From contig NZ_CP042905.2 of NCBI RefSeq assembly GCF_008000775.2, positions 690,001 to 722,000 of the forward strand: a stretch of 32,000 nt of DNA, in the 5' to 3' direction. The notes beneath the pieces are model-generated. The model made no database searches. It had not been told where the DNA came from and saw nothing but the letters and a program-made list of their open reading frames with translations. Every line of letters begins with the position of its first letter. Position 1 is the stretch's first letter. This document shows positions 25,362-32,000 of the stretch, one piece after another. The DNA is from Promethearchaeum syntrophicum (GTDB taxonomy: Archaea; Asgardarchaeota; Lokiarchaeia; Sigyniarchaeales; Promethearchaeaceae). The position numbers and the translations under genes were made by a program.

Positions 25362-26363
25362 TTAGTATGTTCTTTGAATAGAGAATAATGCTAATTTTTG
25401 AAGTTCTTTTTTAGATTCTGAATCAGGGAAAATTTCCAGTTTAGCTATTGCTTCATCTAGTTTATTTTTTACAATTTTTTTTGCAATTTCAATAGCCCCG
25501 CTATTCTTTATTAATTCAATTCCTTTACTGATATCTTCATTAGTCTTTTCTTTTTTACTCAAAATTGTAATTAATTCTCTTTTTTCTTGATTTTTAAGGT
25601 GTTCTAATGCATATATTAGTAAGAAGGTTTTTTTTCCTTCTCGAAGATCGCTTCCTATTGGTTTGCCAAATTTTTTTTCATCTCCGATCAAGCCCAAAAT
25701 ATCATCAATAATTTGAAAACTGATTCCAAATTTATTACCGAATTCCTCTAGTGATTTTAACTGAATTTTACTTGCTTTGGCGCATAATCCACCAATAAAT
25801 GTACTTACTTCAAAAAGAGCTCCAGTTTTTAATTCAACCATTCTCATATATTCTTCAATCGAAACATCAATTCTCTCTTCAAATTCAATATCCATTGTTT
25901 GACCTTCACATAATTTTGAAGAAACTCGTCCTAATTCTAGTAAAACTCTATATTTAATATCTTGGGGTATTTTAGCGTGATGTACAAAAACAAAAGCTTG
26001 GGAGAGAAGAAAATCACCCGCTAAAATTGCGAGAGATTCATCCCATTTAGTATGAACAGTGGGAACATTTCTTCTTATCGGATCTTGATCCATAATATCA
26101 TCATGGATTAAACTAAATGTGTGTAGAATTTCTACTGCAGCTGCAATTGGAATAATATTTTCATAATTTTCCGCCAATAAACTATATGCCTTTATTATAA
26201 AGAAAGGTCTAAGCCGTTTTCCGCCTGCAGTAATATAATGTTGCGAGGCTTTCCAAAGAGTTAGAACTTTATTTGATAAATTATTTAGAATAAAATCGTC
26301 AATTTTTTCCGCAATTTCTTGAAATTTTTTTTTTGTTAATTCAGAATTATCCAATTTTATCAC
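25362..26363 (-). CDS. idsA: Polyprenyl diphosphate synthase (GGPP/FPP synthase family)
   Basis: 333 aa; GGKRLRPF, LIHDDIMDQDPIRRN (FARM), GKKTFLLIYAL, FQIIDDILGL (SARM). Confidence 0.93.
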   Translation of the reverse strand: MIKLDNSELTKKKFQEIAEKIDDFILNNLSNKVLTLWKASQHYITAGGKRLRPFFIIKAYSLLAENYENIIPIAAAVEILHTFSLIHDDIMDQDPIRRNVPTVHTKWDESLAILAGDFLLSQAFVFVHHAKIPQDIKYRVLLELGRVSSKLCEGQTMDIEFEERIDVSIEEYMRMVELKTGALFEVSTFIGGLCAKASKIQLKSLEEFGNKFGISFQIIDDILGLIGDEKKFGKPIGSDLREGKKTFLLIYALEHLKNQEKRELITILSKKEKTNEDISKGIELIKNSGAIEIAKKIVKNKLDEAIAKLEIFPDSESKKELQKLALFSIQRTY

Positions 26364-26372
26364 CTTTTATTA

Positions 26373-27443
26373 CTATAATCGCTTTTCTAACCAGTTACTT
26401 AAAGGAGGAAGTATTACATATTCTGCTTTCTTTAAATCTCTGACTGATTTACTCCCAGTTAGGAACATTGCACTCTTTAATTCTGAAATTAAAGTATTGA
26501 TATAAGATTCTATTTCAATAGGATTATCAAAAGCACTTTTCAAAAACGGTTGAGCAATTGCTGATATATTAGCACCAATTGCAATACATTTAGCGATTTC
26601 CAATCCATTACGTATTCCTCCACTTCCAATTATTACTGTAGAATTCTGTGCAATTTTTTTGGTTTCAATAATACTTGCTGCAGATGGAATTCCCCAATTT
26701 AAAAATGTATCTCCTATAGCTGTTTTTAATTGATTTGTTTGCTTTTTTGCTCTAGAATATTCAATGGCTGCAAAAGATGTTCCTCCTAAACCAGAAACAT
26801 CTAAATATTTAATACCTATGTTAATTAAGTCATTTGAAACATTTTTAGAGAATCCTGCTCCTGTTTCTTTTATAATAACTGGAATTTTAAGAGTATTATT
26901 CAATTCGGTGATTTTTTTTTTAGCATTAGTAAAATTAGTGTCTCCTTCTGGTTGAATAATTTCTTGCAAAGGGTTCAAATGAATTGCAATTGCATCAGCT
27001 TCAATGGAACGAATAATTAGTTCAACTGAATCAAAGTCATCCATTTGAATTAATTGTGAAATCCCCAAATTTGCAATTATTGGTATGGTAGGAGCAATTT
27101 CTCTTATAGAAGCAAAATTTTTTGATGTATCTGGGTATTCTAGTTGAATTCTTTGACTTCCAACCATTAGTGGGATTTGATGTTTTTCCGCTGCTTGTGC
27201 TAGTCTTCTATTAATCTCTAATCCTAAATTAGTGCCACCAGTTAATGATCCTATTATAATGGGAGCATTTATTGGTTTTCCTAAAAATTTCATAGTTATA
27301 TCAATATCTTTGAAATTAATTTCGGGGAGAGATTTATGGACAAATCTAACACATTCTAGCCAAGTAGTATTTTTGGAATTGACGTTTTCGTTTAACGAAA
27401 TTTTAATGTGGTCGTCCTTTCTTTGAAAGATATCCTTTTCCAT
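26373..27443 (-). CDS. fni: Isopentenyl-diphosphate delta-isomerase type 2
   Basis: 356 aa; APIIIGSLTGGT, VGSQRIQLEYP, IPIIANLG, AIHLNPLQEIIQPEGDTNF, IKETGAGFS, SGLGGTSFAAIE. Confidence 0.95.
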   Translation of the reverse strand: MEKDIFQRKDDHIKISLNENVNSKNTTWLECVRFVHKSLPEINFKDIDITMKFLGKPINAPIIIGSLTGGTNLGLEINRRLAQAAEKHQIPLMVGSQRIQLEYPDTSKNFASIREIAPTIPIIANLGISQLIQMDDFDSVELIIRSIEADAIAIHLNPLQEIIQPEGDTNFTNAKKKITELNNTLKIPVIIKETGAGFSKNVSNDLINIGIKYLDVSGLGGTSFAAIEYSRAKKQTNQLKTAIGDTFLNWGIPSAASIIETKKIAQNSTVIIGSGGIRNGLEIAKCIAIGANISAIAQPFLKSAFDNPIEIESYINTLISELKSAMFLTGSKSVRDLKKAEYVILPPLSNWLEKRL

Positions 27444-27453
27444 ATTTTCACCT

Positions 27454-28284
27454 TCATTTAATTAGGGTTGATAAAATTTTTTCATTTTTCAATGCTTTAA
27501 TAAGTAGATTTGGTTTTTGTCCGTTTATCAATTGAACTGGAATTCCTAATTTACAGATTTTTTTTATTTCGTGTAATTTTCCTCTGATATTACCAGTAAC
27601 ATCGATAGAATCTTCAAATGTTTTTAATTGTAGTAGATCTATATCCTTTAATTTAATAATTGGAATTACACTTGAATCTTCTTCGCCATTAGAAATGATT
27701 AAACCATCTTTATCGAAGCAAAAAATAATCTTATCTATTCTATATTTTGTATTATTTGAAGAAGAAAATGAATTACAGATTTCGTAAATAACTCTATCTC
27801 CTGATAAAATCGAGAAATTATTTGAATCGTGAATTAAGATATCCCCAAAAAGAATAGGTATTATCCCAATATCTAAAAGAGATTCAATATGATTAAATCC
27901 GGTAAATTTTAAATTAGTTCCTTCTTGATAAAAAATACTTGATGTGGTTAAACTCAAAACTGGAATATTCTTGCCTAAGAAACTATTTATAATCTTATTA
28001 TTTAATTTCCTAACACTTTGATGAGTTTTGGCTAGGCCTAATATCTGATTGGGAATGTTTTGATTTAACCCATTCTGGATTGAAAAGGAATTTGCTAAAG
28101 GATGACCAAAAGATCCTGCGCCATGAATTATAATGATCTTGGGTTGGGTCGAAATATGATAATTATCAGATATCTGAGAAATTAAGCTCTTTATCTCTTT
28201 TTCTTTGATGGAATTTGGAATATTTTTATCTGTTAAGATACTACCTCCTAATTTAACTATGATTACAGGGTTTTTATTTACCAT
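27454..28284 (-). CDS. ipk: Isopentenyl phosphate kinase
   Basis: Start probably MVNKNPV (28284). PVIIVKLGGSILTDKN, IIIHGAGSFGHPLANSF, PILFGDILIH..FSILSGDRVIYEI, DVTGNIRGKLHEI. Confidence 0.92.
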   Translation of the reverse strand: MVNKNPVIIVKLGGSILTDKNIPNSIKEKEIKSLISQISDNYHISTQPKIIIIHGAGSFGHPLANSFSIQNGLNQNIPNQILGLAKTHQSVRKLNNKIINSFLGKNIPVLSLTTSSIFYQEGTNLKFTGFNHIESLLDIGIIPILFGDILIHDSNNFSILSGDRVIYEICNSFSSSNNTKYRIDKIIFCFDKDGLIISNGEEDSSVIPIIKLKDIDLLQLKTFEDSIDVTGNIRGKLHEIKKICKLGIPVQLINGQKPNLLIKALKNEKILSTLIK

Positions 28285-29251
28285 ACTTAACACCTTGATT
28301 ATTAATTGAAGTAATTATTGAAGAGTATCCTAGCTTCTTCAATTTTTCTTTAATATTTTTTAAATCTTTTAATTTTCCTATGGAGATCACGCATCCACCT
28401 TTACCTGCACCAGTTAATTTAGAACCGTATGCATTATTAGATATCGAAATTCTAGTTATTTCTTCGATATCTGTTGTTGAGAGACCAATTTCCATTAATA
28501 TTTGATGATTCAAATTCATTAAATGGCCGAATTCAACCAAATTTCCATTTTTTAATTCCTTTAAACCCTTTTCAGTTATTTTACCTATATTATTAAATAA
28601 TTCAGTTGAGATTTTCGGCTCTTTATCACAAAATTCTTTGACATTCTTAATTGCTTCTTTAGTATTATGAGTTTTTCCAGTGTATGTTATTAGGATTTGA
28701 AATTGTTTTAAAAAATTAAACCTTTGAAAATTTTGATTTTTAAAGAATATAAGACCTCCTTGGGAACATGCAGTATTATCAATTCCAGATGGTTTCCCAT
28801 GAACTTCTTTCTCCATTTCGTATGAAAGGGTTGATAAATTTCTACTATTTAATTCTAAATTATAAAATTCATTAAGTGCGCCTAGTAAAGATATTGAAGA
28901 TGAAGCAGAAGATCCAAGACCTGATTCTGGCCATAAATCAGATTGAATTTCGATCTCTATTTTTTCCATCAATATTTTATATTTCTTTGAAAATAATTTT
29001 AAACCTATGGCAATCTGACTAAATTTTGATGGAATTTTATTAAAAAGATCTTTCATATTCAAGAAACTAAAGGTTTGCTCGTAATTTTTTAAAATTAATG
29101 AAATTCCATTTTGATCGCTTTCTGAGATCTGACAAGATGAAGAAACATCAATTGCAATCGCTAAGGCAGGATATCCATAAACAACAGCATGTTCTCCAAA
29201 TAAAATACACTTACCAGGGGCTGATGCAATAGAAGGTCGCATTTTTTTCAA
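28274..29251 (-). CDS. mvk: Mevalonate kinase (GHMP family)
   Basis: 325 aa; SAPGKCILFGEHAVVYGYPALAIAI, WPESGLGSSASSSISLLGAL, KPSGIDNTACSQGG, KLTGAGKGGCVISI. Confidence 0.95.
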   Translation of the reverse strand: MKKMRPSIASAPGKCILFGEHAVVYGYPALAIAIDVSSSCQISESDQNGISLILKNYEQTFSFLNMKDLFNKIPSKFSQIAIGLKLFSKKYKILMEKIEIEIQSDLWPESGLGSSASSSISLLGALNEFYNLELNSRNLSTLSYEMEKEVHGKPSGIDNTACSQGGLIFFKNQNFQRFNFLKQFQILITYTGKTHNTKEAIKNVKEFCDKEPKISTELFNNIGKITEKGLKELKNGNLVEFGHLMNLNHQILMEIGLSTTDIEEITRISISNNAYGSKLTGAGKGGCVISIGKLKDLKNIKEKLKKLGYSSIITSINNQGVKYGK

Positions 29252-29263
29252 TCGTCCAAATGT

Positions 29264-30421
29264 TTATTTTCGTGAATGAAGTTTCATATGGCCCGATTGA
29301 ATTCCTTCATCAGCTAGAGCCCGTAAAGCTGCAAAATTTTGTGCCAAACCTAAAGCAGCAGCTATTTGAGAGAGTTCATCTGCATTTTTTACATCTAATA
29401 TTTTCAAAGCTATTTTTGACATCGGATGTTTATTAATAATGCCTCCAAAAGTTGCCATGGGCATGGGGATTTCAATCGTTCCAACTAAATTATCATCATT
29501 ATCAACATAATAATCTGTTAATGGCCCATAATTACCATTCAATGAAGCAAATGCATGTGCTCCGGCTTCTATAGCTCTTACATCATTCCCCGTGGCTATA
29601 GCTAATGCATCAATTCCATTCATTATTCCCTTGTTTGCTGTTGCTGCTCTGAAAGGGTCCGCTTTGGCAAATGCTTGAGCGTCAAGAATTCTCTCTATTA
29701 TTCTTTTTCCTCCAATCAAATCTTTATTAAATACCGCAGAACTAATTGCAACTCGATAAATTGCTAGATTCGAAATTATTTTCAAATTAATTTGAGCCTT
29801 TACTATTTCTTTTTCGATTATTACATGAGCAATTTTCTCTACCATAGTATTTACCGTATTTGCGCCCATAGCATCAAGAACATTTACAAATAGATGTAGT
29901 ATTATCATCTGCCCTCGTTCCGTAGATATTTCACGAACTTCTAAACTTTGTGCTCCTCCACCCATTTGAACAAGAGTTTTATCGCATAAATTTGCAATTT
30001 TTATTAAATAATCTGTATTTTCCATTAAAATTTTTTTCACATAATCTGAATTCGTAAAATTAGTTAATTGGATTTGTCCTATCATTATAGAATTTACAGG
30101 TTCCGATCGAAATCCTCCAGATTTTCTAGCAATTCTTGCTCCATTACTTGCTGCTGCAACTACAGAAGCTTCTTCAGTAACCATTGGTATTAGATAATCT
30201 ACGTCATTAATTTTAAAATTAGTTGCAATGCTAAAGGGTAAAGAATAACATCCTATTACATTTTCACTCATCATATCTAATTGTTCATCATTGAAATATC
30301 CATAATTTTCTAATATCTGCCTTTCATCTTTCTCTAAATTAACCAATTTTGAGATACACGCTTGTCTTTCAAAGAAAGAAAGTTTATGAAAACCTGAAAT
30401 TTTCGAATGATCCTTTTTCAT
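29264..30421 (-). CDS. mvaA: Hydroxymethylglutaryl-CoA reductase, class II type
   Basis: 385 aa; MSENVIGCYSLPFSIATNF, PMVTEEASVVAAASNGARI, KADPFRAATANKGIMNGIDA, C-terminus SGHMKLHSRK typical of class II enzymes. Confidence 0.94.
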   Translation of the reverse strand: MKKDHSKISGFHKLSFFERQACISKLVNLEKDERQILENYGYFNDEQLDMMSENVIGCYSLPFSIATNFKINDVDYLIPMVTEEASVVAAASNGARIARKSGGFRSEPVNSIMIGQIQLTNFTNSDYVKKILMENTDYLIKIANLCDKTLVQMGGGAQSLEVREISTERGQMIILHLFVNVLDAMGANTVNTMVEKIAHVIIEKEIVKAQINLKIISNLAIYRVAISSAVFNKDLIGGKRIIERILDAQAFAKADPFRAATANKGIMNGIDALAIATGNDVRAIEAGAHAFASLNGNYGPLTDYYVDNDDNLVGTIEIPMPMATFGGIINKHPMSKIALKILDVKNADELSQIAAALGLAQNFAALRALADEGIQSGHMKLHSRK

Positions 30422-31614
30422 TTTACGTTCAAATTCAAATTAATAAGATCATCCATTAAAAATTTCGCTTCTGGAGATGTTTTTTCTAATAATTTGCTTG
30501 GACCACCAATTTTCCCGATATTTATATCAAATTTATCATTTAAATTGACTAAATCTTCTAAAATTCTTTTAGTAAATTTGGTTCTGGTTAATAAAACCAC
30601 CGAAGGTCCTGTATCTATAGAAAAAAACACAGAAATTCCTTGTTTCCTTAATTTTCGTGTTAAATGCATTATAGAGATGGTTTCTGGAGTCCACAAAATA
30701 AGATTTTTGTCAGGGGATCCTGTCATAGTAATTGCATGTAATTTTAATGTATCGAATTCTGACATTTCACCTAGCTTTTCAAAATTTTCATTGATTAAAT
30801 CATTATAGAAGTCTAAAATGTCTTTTTTTCTGGATTTCATCCAAGAATTATAAAACGGACTGAGGGGTGCAATTTCATGGGCTTTATCAGTTTGTATCTT
30901 TGATTGAATTGAGATTGTGATTAAATCGATATCATTAATAAAAGTTTGAATTTCTTTCGTATCAAGGCGTATCCCAAAACTTACTTTTGGATCCATATTT
31001 GGATGACTCATCCACAGTCCAATTCCTCCAACACAACTACGGATGGCAGACCCGGCTAAGTAACGTGAAAAAAGACACCTTAAACTTAGATTATTTGTAA
31101 ATTTAACTTCATTATCATATAAAATAGAAATTGCCGCATGAGCTATAGATGCACCTGCTGAAGCAGAAGTTCCTATTCCTTTCCCTAATACGGTTTTACT
31201 ATTCCTTTTAATTATGTTTCGTGAAATTATTATGGCTTTGGTATTAATTTTAGAATATTTCCGAATATAGTTTAATTGATGAGATACTCGAATAAATTTT
31301 TGATCTTTAGACTCAATTTCAATTCCATTTAACATAAAACGATCCTTTTGATACTTTTTAGAGAATTTTAAATAGGTAATTGTGAAAAAAGCATCGTTAT
31401 TTAGAGAAATACTTGGAAAATTTGCTGTTCGATGATCTTTATTTGCTAATCCGTGATATTTTAGCATTCCTTGTATTGGATATGCAAGAGTAAAAGCTTC
31501 TCCTTCATTTTTTATTGCGTTTAAATTATTAGGTAAACTAGGTAATGAAATTTTGTTCTTATTAAGATATAATGCTATTTCTTCAACATCTTTTTTTAAT
31601 AACTCATTTAGCAT
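30418..31614 (-). CDS. Mevalonate (di)phosphate decarboxylase family, probably phosphomevalonate decarboxylase-type
   Basis: 398 aa; YPIQGMLKYHGLANKDHRTANFPSISL (haloarchaeal PMD-like rather than canonical KYWGK), GKGIGTSASAGASIAHAA, CVGGIGLW. Confidence 0.8.
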   Translation of the reverse strand: MLNELLKKDVEEIALYLNKNKISLPSLPNNLNAIKNEGEAFTLAYPIQGMLKYHGLANKDHRTANFPSISLNNDAFFTITYLKFSKKYQKDRFMLNGIEIESKDQKFIRVSHQLNYIRKYSKINTKAIIISRNIIKRNSKTVLGKGIGTSASAGASIAHAAISILYDNEVKFTNNLSLRCLFSRYLAGSAIRSCVGGIGLWMSHPNMDPKVSFGIRLDTKEIQTFINDIDLITISIQSKIQTDKAHEIAPLSPFYNSWMKSRKKDILDFYNDLINENFEKLGEMSEFDTLKLHAITMTGSPDKNLILWTPETISIMHLTRKLRKQGISVFFSIDTGPSVVLLTRTKFTKRILEDLVNLNDKFDINIGKIGGPSKLLEKTSPEAKFLMDDLINLNLNVK

Positions 31615-31630
31615 ATCAATCAGCTAAAAA

Positions 31631-32000
31631 TCATAAGTCAATTTGAGAAATTGATGCCATTTCTTCTATTTCAGAAGAAATCTTATTATCTACTAATTCA
31701 AGATATGGAGATGATGAAACAGAACGATAAATAGGCATCCAATTAAGCAATCCTTTTGGTGAATTTGGAGGATCTAATTTATGAGTTTTCCATCGTCTCA
31801 ATTCAAATTCCATGGTAGAACCAATAATAGGTTTGTTCTTTATCAAAATAAATCCATCCATTAAAGGAGATAGATCATTGCTATACGGTTTTATTTCTGT
31901 CAATGTCCCTGTTAAAGGGAATTCGATTAAATTAGAGCCAGAGTGTCCTTTCGGGCAATAATTCAAGCCATTATATTGGGATAGAATGCATCCTTCATTA
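31631..32000 (-). CDS. Hypothetical protein, partial (5' end beyond window)
   Basis: Track ORF uses TTG at 31966, but the same frame is open to the right edge: NEGCILSQYNGLNYCPKGHSGSNLIEFPLTGTLTEI...; no recognised domain. Confidence 0.5.
   Translation of the reverse strand, partial: NEGCILSQYNGLNYCPKGHSGSNLIEFPLTGTLTEIKPYSNDLSPLMDGFILIKNKPIIGSTMEFELRRWKTHKLDPPNSPKGLLNWMPIYRSVSSSPYLELVDNKISSEIEEMASISQIDL

Noticed and set aside
18044-27426. ORFs 18044-18346, 18976-19212, 20847-21116, 21355-21546, 22564-22746, 24837-25103, 25128-25388, 26764-26955, 27232-27426, and 30407-30808 beyond them
   Set aside because: Each lies opposite a confidently assigned gene and lacks recognisable domains.
1-32000. 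tRNA/rRNA genes, CRISPR-Cas, transposases, phage or toxin-antitoxin modules
   Set aside because: I scanned the intergenic regions and ORF products by eye and saw none. Gaps are mostly too short and no hallmark proteins are present; tRNAscan-SE and Infernal would be needed to exclude small RNAs formally.

Overview
This 32 kb window is AT-rich archaeal chromosome, most likely Asgard/Promethearchaeota (inferred from gene content only). It has three parts. (1) nt 1-6622, minus strand: a ribosomal-protein cluster in the order S19, small ORF, L22, S3, L29, Rnp1, S17, L14, L24, S4e, L5, S14, S8, L6, L32e (partial). (2) nt 6700-23400: mixed genes. These are a mannose-6-phosphate isomerase-like cupin, an acyl-CoA dehydrogenase, MptE, an NAD kinase-like protein, a RadA-like paralog, a TFE-beta/RPC34-like factor, RlmE, Trm1, a RadB-like ATPase, a RuvC/RNase H-fold-like protein, DUF362, a UbiA-family DPPR synthase-like enzyme, and an M48 protease. 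(3) nt 23480-32000: an isoprenoid block (cis-prenyltransferase, geranylgeranyl reductase, GGPP synthase, IDI-2, isopentenyl phosphate kinase, mevalonate kinase, class II HMG-CoA reductase, phosphomevalonate decarboxylase-like). No CRISPR array, transposon or confident tRNA/rRNA was seen. The best leads are an OSTC/OST3-like membrane protein (12864-13355), two related two-TM proteins resembling eukaryotic DPM2/PIG-P (7467-7892 and 9973-10302), a TFE-beta with an RPC34-type Cys motif and a histone-H1-like Lys tail, an unannotated basic 53-aa ORF between S19 and L22, an M48 protease with a ~320-aa unassigned C-terminal region, and a RadB-like/RuvC-like divergent gene pair. All identifications are from motif recall, with no database search.
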